DNA of 54,256 bases from Patescibacteria group bacterium (GTDB lineage: Bacteria; Patescibacteriota; Microgenomatia; UBA8517), in the NCBI GenBank assembly GCA_018823885.1, contig JAHJHG010000007.1, positions 1 through 54,256 on the forward strand, in the 5' to 3' direction. Under the pieces are notes generated by a model. That model ran no database searches. It worked only from the letters and a program-made list of their open reading frames with translations, and was not told the DNA's origin. This document shows positions 19,100 through 27,178 of the stretch, in pieces. How positions within the stretch are numbered: the stretch's first letter is position 1; each line of letters starts with the position of its first letter. Position numbers and translations under genes: made by a program.

Positions 19100-20488
19100 T
19101 TATAAAGCTTTCATCAGATAGCAAGTGCGCAAGGATCCAGCAACGGGGGCTTTTTTGAGTATTTTAAATTTTTTTGAAAATGATTTTTCAAAATCTTTTT
19201 GGGTATAGTTATTAAAAATATCTTCACGAGTCATCAGGAGCTTTTTTACTTGAGAATCTTTTTTTGGCACAAACTCAATAATTAAGAATGTGCCAATTTT
19301 GTGACAAAAGTCCGCAATATTATTAAAGGGAAGATTATTAGAAATGGCCAGATGGTGGATAAGTGCTAAGGCCATCACGAGATCAACAGGACCCCGTTCA
19401 ATTAACGATTGACGCTCAGTATTTGCCCAACCAATTGCTGAGCTGGGATTGATAATGTCGATAATGAGAGGTAAAATATTTTTTTCTTGATTATTTTTAA
19501 CATGCAAATAGTTTTTTTCAACGGCAATAGGATCGAGATCTGCAGCAACAGTGAAAATTTTTTGCTGACTAGCAATACGACTAAACTCACCGGTGTTGGC
19601 GCCAATATCCCAAATTGTTTTTGGTTTAGCAATCTGTATATATTTTTCAACTAGTTTTTTCTTCTGCGTAAACGCCTTGTCTGAATAGTTAGTAAAAGTA
19701 TAGTATTCACCCCACTCTGTACTTTTCTTTCGATATAATAGTTTTGAAATAGTAGTTTTTAAGTTATCGACAATCCCCAGCAAAGCTACTTTGCTAAGTG
19801 AACGCGTCATTCGGTTTATACCCTGACTATTGGCAAACCGTTGCTGCTTATTGGCATGGAAATGAATATGCGAAGCAATAGAAAACGAAAGGCGTGTCCG
19901 TTTTGGGAGCAACTTACTGACTAAATCCAAGGGAATTCCGTCAAGGTGAATTCTCAATAATTGATTTAGTCGAATATCAACAAGGCTCATTAATAACAAC
20001 GGCCCCAGGAAGTGTTGACAAAATTGTTTGTATGCCACCCAAGGTTTACCTGCTTTGTACTGTTGGAATGATAGTAAATCAATTAAGATGGGTTTCCCAT
20101 CCAAAAATTGGATATTATAGCAACTAGCATCCTTAAGAGACATTCCATGTTGTAGGGCTATTTCCTGAATTCGGAGAGTTAACAAGGCTGCATCCTTAAG
20201 TTGACTGAAGGTCCATTCGTAGGGATACGAAACAAAAGGAATCATGTCAGTACTTAAAGTGGCATAGACACTTTGAGAAGTAGAATGATTTTTTGCTAAT
20301 CGAGTATGAGGAAGTAAATGGCATTGTTGCACCAAAGCTTTATATAACCCAGAATCAAATAAGAGATCAAAGTCCTTTTTATACGAACGGTTAACTTGAC
20401 GAAAAACTGTTTTACCGCGGTAATACACACATCCACTAGGGTCACGAAAAGAGCTGGGTTCGCACTTAATTTTTTGGCTCCTGATCAT
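19100..20488 (-). CDS. NoeA-like protein: kinase-like N-terminal domain plus class I SAM methyltransferase
   Basis: SFRDPSG, IPFVSYPYEW, LKDASCYNIQF..GKPILIDLLSF; C-terminal WDIGANTGEFS, AADLD, LALIHHL, LIIEFVP. Confidence 0.8.
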   Translation of the reverse strand: MIRSQKIKCEPSSFRDPSGCVYYRGKTVFRQVNRSYKKDFDLLFDSGLYKALVQQCHLLPHTRLAKNHSTSQSVYATLSTDMIPFVSYPYEWTFSQLKDAALLTLRIQEIALQHGMSLKDASCYNIQFLDGKPILIDLLSFQQYKAGKPWVAYKQFCQHFLGPLLLMSLVDIRLNQLLRIHLDGIPLDLVSKLLPKRTRLSFSIASHIHFHANKQQRFANSQGINRMTRSLSKVALLGIVDNLKTTISKLLYRKKSTEWGEYYTFTNYSDKAFTQKKKLVEKYIQIAKPKTIWDIGANTGEFSRIASQQKIFTVAADLDPIAVEKNYLHVKNNQEKNILPLIIDIINPSSAIGWANTERQSLIERGPVDLVMALALIHHLAISNNLPFNNIADFCHKIGTFLIIEFVPKKDSQVKKLLMTREDIFNNYTQKDFEKSFSKKFKILKKAPVAGSLRTCYLMKAL

Positions 20489-20687
20489 CTCTGTTCTTTC
20501 GTTGAAAAAGGGCGCTGAAGAAAGATATGAGTTGTCGTAAGTACCTTTTCCCTATATAAACTCCTCCTACCAAGAAGCCAATTGCTATTTGGGTAAGGTA
20601 ACTACCAGTACCTGGATCAAGATACGCTTCAATATTCGTTGGCAAAACTATTAAGTAAAAAGTTAGCAAGAAAATGACTTCAATCAC
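20466..20687 (-). CDS. Small membrane protein with YLDPGTGS motif
   Basis: 73 aa: signal-peptide-like N-terminus ending IEA, then YLDPGTGSYLTQ, a TM helix and a basic tail; GTG start with a candidate promoter; overlaps the next gene by 23 nt. Confidence 0.8.
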   Translation of the reverse strand: MIEVIFLLTFYLIVLPTNIEAYLDPGTGSYLTQIAIGFLVGGVYIGKRYLRQLISFFSALFQRKNRDDQEPKN

Positions 20688-20693
20688 GTAGAT

Positions 20694-20702
20694 AGTGTAT
20701 CA
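20694..20702 (-). promoter_or_regulatory. Putative extended -10 promoter (TGaTACACT), leaderless spacing
   Basis: Minus strand reads TT-TGA-TACACT-ATCTAC-GTG; 6 nt to the start at 20687. Confidence 0.5.
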
Positions 20703-20818
20703 AACTTTGTCTAAATATACATCTGCTTTATCCAGATAGACTGATCATATTAAACTACTATGCATTTGAGTTAATATACTCTTGTTAGCCAAAGAAAACG
20801 AGAATGGCTCATAAATTT

Positions 20819-21607
20819 TTACACTAACTTTGCAATTCGTACCGTCAATACCCTTCCCAAATTATGAAGCCTGTGTAAAAAAAGTAAAATCTGGTTGGCC
20901 GTATGCTTCTTGGCAATCTCTAAATCTCTTCTTAAAACACTCATATATTGTGTTGATGAAATGTTGCTTGCCATTAACCTAAAATCTGAAATGTGGTCGT
21001 TCAGAACTTTTGGCATCTCTGTCTTCCCCAACTTTAACCACAAATCATATTCCATTACCACCCCACCAATTCCACTAAATACTCCATTCTTTTCGTAAGC
21101 AGACCTGCTCACGAAAACCGAGGGCTGCATGAGGTAGTTCACAATAAGTAACAAGGGATAATAGTTAATTGTTAAAAGGATATTTTTGTAAAAAGTTACT
21201 ATTCGTGAAATTTCTTTACCTTCCGAATCAATTACCTTCCCTCTTCCTGCAATCCAAAAAGTTTCTGGATTCTCTTGAAAATATTTACCAACTATTAGTA
21301 ACGCCCCTCTTTTATAAACGTCATCTGCGTTAATATATGTAATTATTTCACCCGTTGCTTTTTCCAAACCTCTGTTAATTGCGTCTACTTGTCCTCTGTC
21401 TTTCTTTGAAATCCAATTAATTATTTTAGGATATTTCTTTGCAAACCCCTTAACAATTCCAACCGTTTCATCTGTAGAGGCTCCATCTTGAATAATTACT
21501 TCCAAGTTAGGATACCTCTGGGAAACAATTGATTCTAAGGTTTCTTGGATATATTCCCCCTTGTTATACGAAGGTATAACAATGGAGATTTTTGGAAGAG
21601 ATTTCAT
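20819..21607 (-). CDS. Glycosyltransferase family 2 (WcaE/WfgS-like)
   Basis: ISIVIPSYN, QDGASTDET, DRGQVDAINRG, YINADD, QPSVF, MEYDLWL. Confidence 0.9.
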   Translation of the reverse strand: MKSLPKISIVIPSYNKGEYIQETLESIVSQRYPNLEVIIQDGASTDETVGIVKGFAKKYPKIINWISKKDRGQVDAINRGLEKATGEIITYINADDVYKRGALLIVGKYFQENPETFWIAGRGKVIDSEGKEISRIVTFYKNILLTINYYPLLLIVNYLMQPSVFVSRSAYEKNGVFSGIGGVVMEYDLWLKLGKTEMPKVLNDHISDFRLMASNISSTQYMSVLRRDLEIAKKHTANQILLFLHRLHNLGRVLTVRIAKLV

Positions 21608-21948
21608 TTTTTACTTTTCTTTTCAACATCCTTCAGTGATTCTCGCCTTACATAATCTTCAAGTTTTTTTTCCATCCGTTTTGTGCTTACATAAGTTCTT
21701 GTGACCATCCCAATTACTAATACAAAACCGCCTACAATCATTAAGTCAAAAAGTCTTGTGATAAAGAAGGTTTTCGCAAAAGTTCGTAATATTTCTGGAA
21801 ATATTACGATAAATATCGTCACTGCCCATATGGTTACCCAAGAAATGATTTCTGTTCTATCAAGCTCCCCTCTTCTGCGATGTAAAATAGCAAAATAAAT
21901 CATCAAAAAGGCAAAAATAATAGCTATAATTTGTAATCCTAAGATCAT
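21604..21948 (-). CDS. DUF2304-family small membrane protein (GacJ/Rv3632-like)
   Basis: 114 aa, 3 TMs, W...W..IFPE...A....I.R..D pattern and helical tail; ATGA-coupled to a DPM1-like GT2. Confidence 0.8.
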   Translation of the reverse strand: MILGLQIIAIIFAFLMIYFAILHRRRGELDRTEIISWVTIWAVTIFIVIFPEILRTFAKTFFITRLFDLMIVGGFVLVIGMVTRTYVSTKRMEKKLEDYVRRESLKDVEKKSKK

Positions 21949-22604
21949 AGTCGTATTCTCCAGCGCAAAACATCAAAGAGGATGCTGATGGCATCCAAAA
22001 TGGTCACGCCTTTTACTTCATCATAGTATACGGTCTCAACTGGTGCCTCGCAATATTTTAGTCCTGACTTTGCCGTTCTTGCTGCCATTTCCGTTTCAAC
22101 TCCATATCCTTTTGATTCCCAATATATTTTCTCAAAACCTTTCTTGCTTAAACCTCTATAGCCACAAAGTAAATCTGATACATAAATCCCAAACAACAAT
22201 GACACCAACAACGAAGCAAATTTGTTCCCCATATATCTCACAAATGGAACGCCATGATTTAAATTCCTTGAACCAAAAATAACATCAAATTTATCTTTTT
22301 CTAATGCGTCTGTAAAATGAGGCAAATCCTTTACTTTATGTTGTCCATCGGAATCCATAAAAACAACAGCATCGGCTCCCATCCGAAAAGCTGCTTCTGC
22401 GCCTGTTTTCATGGCCGCCCCTTTTCCTAAATTTACTTTGTGGCGGAGTACTGTAATCTTGTATTTACTTGCAACATTAAAGGTCTCGTCTTTTGATCCA
22501 TCATCAACAACAATAATTGGAAAATTTGTTTTTATTACGTCCTTAATAACGTTTCCAATTCTTTCTTCTTCTTGATGTGCTGGAATAACAATAAATATAT
22601 TCAT
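21945..22604 (-). CDS. GT2, DPM1-like polyprenol-phosphate sugar synthase (GacI/PpgS-like)
   Basis: VVDDGSKDET, HKVNLGKGAA, MDSDGQH, IFGSR, SDLLCGYR, YGVETEM. Confidence 0.9.
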   Translation of the reverse strand: MNIFIVIPAHQEEERIGNVIKDVIKTNFPIIVVDDGSKDETFNVASKYKITVLRHKVNLGKGAAMKTGAEAAFRMGADAVVFMDSDGQHKVKDLPHFTDALEKDKFDVIFGSRNLNHGVPFVRYMGNKFASLLVSLLFGIYVSDLLCGYRGLSKKGFEKIYWESKGYGVETEMAARTAKSGLKYCEAPVETVYYDEVKGVTILDAISILFDVLRWRIRL

Positions 22605-22636
22605 AGTTCATGCCAATTGTATGGGCTTTATGCTTC

Positions 22637-23788
22637 CTACGCAACCCAAAAGCCTCGAGTAAACAAAGAGGTCGCAACCAAAAGCCCGAGGATAAGAATC
22701 GAGAAAATAATTACCTTAACCCATTTCTTGCGCTTAGAAAGCCAAATAGCCGATAAAATGAAGGCAGGAAAAAGAATAAGAACGTAGCGGTGAAAAGAAG
22801 AAAAGCTTCCAGAGAGAGTGGGAATAATATAACCAACGGCTAAATAAAATGCATAACTCAACCTAAGCCTGAAAAAACTTGCTATCGTCAAGACCAAAAA
22901 CATAAGAGCTGTAACAATTTCCAAATAAGTCACAAAAACAATTGGGAAATATGAATAACTAATGTTTGGCAATATTTTAAAGAAATAGCGATAAAAAACC
23001 TGCGGCAATAACACCAGACTCGATGACCGTTGCTGTCCAAAAATACTAACATTGTGAAAAAACTCTAAAGGATCTCCGGTTACCTTGTTTAAGTAGATCA
23101 TATAAGCAAAAATCCCAAAAACTGAAAGCAATATTCCTAATGCCACAAGATAAAGATTTGATTTTTTCTTTTCTTTTCTCTGTAAATATGCCTCTACGAG
23201 CAAAACTGGTACTATGGCAAGACCAACCACCCTCGTTGCTGTCAATAAAACGCCCAATGTGCCTGCAGCAATCCACTTCCTTTTTCTTGCACAATAAAAA
23301 CTCCAAACCGCAAGAGCTAAAAACAAACTCTCTGTATATATGCTCCCAAAATAAAAAGATGTTGGAAAAACAAGAAGTAAAAGAATTGTCAAGCGAGCGA
23401 TATCTTTTTTGTAATCAAGTTCTATGAGCTTCCATAATCCAACTAAGGCAACAAAAAAGCTAATATTTGATATCAGTAGGCCAGAAACGGCCAAAGACGC
23501 AAAGCTTTCACCTAAAAATTTAGCAATGAAAGCAATTGTTAGTGGATAAACAGGAAAAAAGAAGTAAGTTAGGGGCTGATATCCTTGATAAGCAATTGAA
23601 AGATAGTGCTCTCCATCAAAATTGCCCCAGGCCCACAAAAAGGGTTGCTTTAAGTAACTAAACAATCCTCCCCCCAAAAAATTTTGTTGCAATGGCACTG
23701 ACCCTAATGCAAGAAACAGAAAGAGGAAAAGGATTATTCTCCAGAAAATAAATGATTTTAATATAAATTTTTTGTTTTCAAGTTTCAT
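22637..23788 (-). CDS. PIG-V-like mannosyltransferase-family GT-C
   Basis: WGNFDGEHYLSIAYQGY, FFPVYP, YTESLFL, ATRVVG, SFHRY. Confidence 0.8.
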   Translation of the reverse strand: MKLENKKFILKSFIFWRIILFLFLFLALGSVPLQQNFLGGGLFSYLKQPFLWAWGNFDGEHYLSIAYQGYQPLTYFFFPVYPLTIAFIAKFLGESFASLAVSGLLISNISFFVALVGLWKLIELDYKKDIARLTILLLLVFPTSFYFGSIYTESLFLALAVWSFYCARKRKWIAAGTLGVLLTATRVVGLAIVPVLLVEAYLQRKEKKKSNLYLVALGILLSVFGIFAYMIYLNKVTGDPLEFFHNVSIFGQQRSSSLVLLPQVFYRYFFKILPNISYSYFPIVFVTYLEIVTALMFLVLTIASFFRLRLSYAFYLAVGYIIPTLSGSFSSFHRYVLILFPAFILSAIWLSKRKKWVKVIIFSILILGLLVATSLFTRGFWVA

Positions 23789-23792
23789 GCTA

Positions 23793-25253
23793 TTAATAGT
23801 TTAATAAATCTCTTGCCTTAACTCTAATAATATCTTCCTCTGATTGACCAACTCCCTCTTGCAATAATTCGAACTTATCTTCAAAAAAGACCTGAAAGAA
23901 ATTGTTTTGTGATAGAACTACTTTTACTAACTCGCTTGGACTCCAAGGTAATTCTTCATCTTCATTTGTATCATAAAAATCAACAAACATCTTTTTTTCT
24001 CCTGCCTCATATTCATTGAAATATGTGTGTGCATTTTTAGCCACTTCAGCACCTTGGCTAATCCAGTGAGTCTCTTTCGTATGATGCAACGTATATATGG
24101 ACAAAATTACCCACACCGATACAAAAACTAGTTTAAAAATATCAGTTACATTCGCCTTCTCTACTAAATACGAAATAGCAAGCATTACACCGATAAGGGG
24201 TAGGGTTAAATAATAAGTAAACTTGTGGAGAGGAAGAAACAATACTGGTAATAAAGTCAAAACAAACCAAATCAAAGAAAATATTATTATCTGAAAATCC
24301 TTTTTCTTTAGTTTTTTCCTAACTTTTAATGCCAAATACAGAATGGATGTCATTATTCCCCCAAAGAATAGAAATATCGGTATTATTTCTTTGGACCAAA
24401 ATCTGAAAAGATTTGGATTAAATTTCAACCCAGGTCCCATAAAATCCACAAGCATCTCAGGCAAGTTAAATGACCAGAGCCCATACCAGAAAAGCGTATT
24501 AACAAATCTTGGCGAAAAATCCCAAATGTAACTCTCTCCCTGGGCCAAACCGTAAAGGAAGAAATGGAAATACAGATAAATTAAAAGAATAATTACAAAA
24601 CCAGACAATGCCAATATAAATTTCCTAACCGGAATCACCCTATCTTTTCTTAGTTTCAAATAACCATAAACTAAAATCAATATACCTGGAATTACTATTG
24701 CAGTTTCCTTTGAAAGTAGTGCTAAAATATAAGTAATAACGGACAGGAAGTAATATTTCAAATCTCCTTTCCTGGCAAATTTAATAAAAAGCATAACCGC
24801 CAGTAAACAAAAAACAGCCAGTCCTAATTCTTGATAAGTTGCCAGATAATAAAGATGTCCATAATGAGTTGCGGAAGTCGCGTACAAAAACGCGGCGAAT
24901 AAGGCTATTGAATCATTTTTTGTTATCATGTTTACCAATTTATAAACAAGGTATATAACCAAAAAGAAAGTAATGAATGAGATTACATGAAGAGCAAAAG
25001 GATTAAGATTAAAAACTGAATTGCTCAAAAAATAGAATGCCTGAGTGGTTAATGGACGATACACACCTAGCCCTTCTGGTCCTTGAGTGAAATTGAAAAA
25101 ATTATAAAATTCTGCCAAAGAATTTGCCTTTGATATTTTTAAAAGAAAAAAATCATCATGGGTATAAAAAGTAAAAAGCGAAGGGAAATATATGATAAAG
25201 GAAATGAGAAAAACGAAAAGAAGTTTTGTGTTTAAGAACAATTTTCGTATCAT
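23793..25253 (-). CDS. Putative GT-C membrane glycosyltransferase
   Basis: FYTHDDF, YRPL, LLSKETAI; polytopic. Confidence 0.75.
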   Translation of the reverse strand: MIRKLFLNTKLLFVFLISFIIYFPSLFTFYTHDDFFLLKISKANSLAEFYNFFNFTQGPEGLGVYRPLTTQAFYFLSNSVFNLNPFALHVISFITFFLVIYLVYKLVNMITKNDSIALFAAFLYATSATHYGHLYYLATYQELGLAVFCLLAVMLFIKFARKGDLKYYFLSVITYILALLSKETAIVIPGILILVYGYLKLRKDRVIPVRKFILALSGFVIILLIYLYFHFFLYGLAQGESYIWDFSPRFVNTLFWYGLWSFNLPEMLVDFMGPGLKFNPNLFRFWSKEIIPIFLFFGGIMTSILYLALKVRKKLKKKDFQIIIFSLIWFVLTLLPVLFLPLHKFTYYLTLPLIGVMLAISYLVEKANVTDIFKLVFVSVWVILSIYTLHHTKETHWISQGAEVAKNAHTYFNEYEAGEKKMFVDFYDTNEDEELPWSPSELVKVVLSQNNFFQVFFEDKFELLQEGVGQSEEDIIRVKARDLLNY

Positions 25254-26302
25254 TTTCCTAAAACCCCAGAATATAACTTCGCAGTTTGTTTTGCGGCTTT
25301 ATCCCAAGAAAACTTATCTACTCTCTCTTTGCCCTTCTTTGACAACAAAGCCCTTATTTCAGAACTATTAGCTAACTTCAAAATCTTCTCTGCAATATCT
25401 TTAGTATCTTTGGGATTAACTGTAACAGCAGCGTCCTCTGCAACCTCAACCAAAGCTTGTGTTTTTGATATTAAAACAGGAGTTCCGCAAGCAAATGCTT
25501 CTAACACGGGAAGACCAAATCCTTCGTAAAGGGAGGGTTGACAGTAAAGAGTAGCTAAATTATATATAGCTTTCAATTCTTCATCAGGAACATATCCTAA
25601 TCGCAATATTTCCGAGTCTTCAGCATATTTCTCAAAAAATTTTGCAAATTCCCTATTTTCTGGATGCTCTTTGTCAAAATCTTCACTTGCCACTTGTTTC
25701 CCTACCATGACTAATGAAATTTTAGCCAGCTTACAAGCATCGGCCAATCTCAATATATTTTTATTGTAATTAACATCTCCAACATATAGTACAAATTTAT
25801 CTGGTAGTTTATATTTCTTAGCAATTTCCTTTAATTCTTCCGCCTCTTTCGGGATAGGACTATATATTTTCTTAGAACCCTCATAAATGACTCTGATCTT
25901 TTCTTGAGGAATGTTTAAAAACCTCACAATGTCTTTTTTAGATGTTTCTGACACGGCAATAATGACGTCGACTTTTTTAATAAGCCACTTTTGGATAATA
26001 AATCTTAATTTCCCTTTAATTCCTGAAGGGTACTGCTTGGGATAAATTAGCGGAATGAGATCGTGAATTGTAACAAAGGTTGTTATTTTTTTAAAAAAGG
26101 GAAGAGTAATAAAAAATGGGTGAAAATATGGATAGTGAACAATATCGTATTTGGAAAGATTTGTTTTTTTAAAATCCACCGTCTCCACGCTCAAGCCCTT
26201 TATCTTTCTTAAATACTTAACTAAAAAGGCAGTGTAAGTTCCCACTCCCCTTATCGCGTGACCTCCAGTTAATGGACCTGAATCTATGGCTACCTTAATC
26301 AT
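25250..26302 (-). CDS. Glycosyltransferase family 4 (MtfB-like)
   Basis: RGVGTY, TIHDLIP, AVSETSKKD, PSLYEGFGLPVLEA; start moved to ATG 26302 (ATGA overlap). Confidence 0.9.
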   Translation of the reverse strand: MIKVAIDSGPLTGGHAIRGVGTYTAFLVKYLRKIKGLSVETVDFKKTNLSKYDIVHYPYFHPFFITLPFFKKITTFVTIHDLIPLIYPKQYPSGIKGKLRFIIQKWLIKKVDVIIAVSETSKKDIVRFLNIPQEKIRVIYEGSKKIYSPIPKEAEELKEIAKKYKLPDKFVLYVGDVNYNKNILRLADACKLAKISLVMVGKQVASEDFDKEHPENREFAKFFEKYAEDSEILRLGYVPDEELKAIYNLATLYCQPSLYEGFGLPVLEAFACGTPVLISKTQALVEVAEDAAVTVNPKDTKDIAEKILKLANSSEIRALLSKKGKERVDKFSWDKAAKQTAKLYSGVLGK

Positions 26303-27177
26303 CTTTTTACTAAATATCGCCAATATGCTCTAGGAAACCTCAAGGCTGAGAAAAAAGAAAAAACAATTCCCTGAAAACCATCCAGTATTCCTTTGTGTCT
26401 TATCTGTGTCACGAAAAACCACCCAATAGACTTAATAAAATAATATTCGATAAATTTAATAGGGTTTTTCCCCACTTTATCTCTCTTTAACCCATCCGCT
26501 ATCAAATCAATATATTTACTATTTCGCTTTAAATATCTTTCAAAGGTTGGGTCAGCCATATGAATTAGATCATTTTGCAACCAACCCACCTTACCGTTCA
26601 CAACCATTAGTTCATGAACATCTTTGGCTGGGAAATACGCCTTACCATTCTTTACCAACCTGATTACCCCATCGGGATAAACTCCACCATACTTTAAATA
26701 TTTTCCAAGAAAATAATTCAATCTGGGAACAAAAAAGCCAGCATACGGTTCATTATCTTTACCAATTGTTCCATCCCTTTCGTCCAGTAATCTTTTGTGC
26801 TTATTAAATAATTTTTGTTTCTTTTCTGAAAATGATTTTTGGTACATGCCTATTTCCTCATCAGACATCTCAATTACTTTTATTATTTCTTTCGCTAAAG
26901 ATTTACTTAATCTTTCATCAGCATCAATCTGCAATATCCAATCATACTTAGCAGCAACTAATACTTTTTGCTTATTGATATGAAATATTCTTGGATTAGT
27001 GGTTTTTATCACTCTCGCCCCAAATTCTTTGGCTATTTCTCTGGTTCTATCGGTCGAACTACCATCAACAACAACTATTTCATCAGCAATATCTTTCACC
27101 GATTCCAGACAATCACCGACATTCTTTTCCTCATTGTAGGTTGATAAAACTACCGATAATTTGTTTTGTTTCGTCAT
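26299..27177 (-). CDS. GT2, WaaE/LgtF-like beta-glycosyltransferase
   Basis: TYNEE, VDGSSTDRT, IDADE, GGVYPDGVIRL, VHE, GILDG; start moved to ATG 27177. Confidence 0.9.
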   Translation of the reverse strand: MTKQNKLSVVLSTYNEEKNVGDCLESVKDIADEIVVVDGSSTDRTREIAKEFGARVIKTTNPRIFHINKQKVLVAAKYDWILQIDADERLSKSLAKEIIKVIEMSDEEIGMYQKSFSEKKQKLFNKHKRLLDERDGTIGKDNEPYAGFFVPRLNYFLGKYLKYGGVYPDGVIRLVKNGKAYFPAKDVHELMVVNGKVGWLQNDLIHMADPTFERYLKRNSKYIDLIADGLKRDKVGKNPIKFIEYYFIKSIGWFFVTQIRHKGILDGFQGIVFSFFSALRFPRAYWRYLVKR

Positions 27178-27178
27178 A

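Noticed and set aside
17258-20818. The cassette as a transposon or IS insertion
   Set aside because: No transposase or integrase, and I found no terminal inverted repeats or target-site duplication by eye
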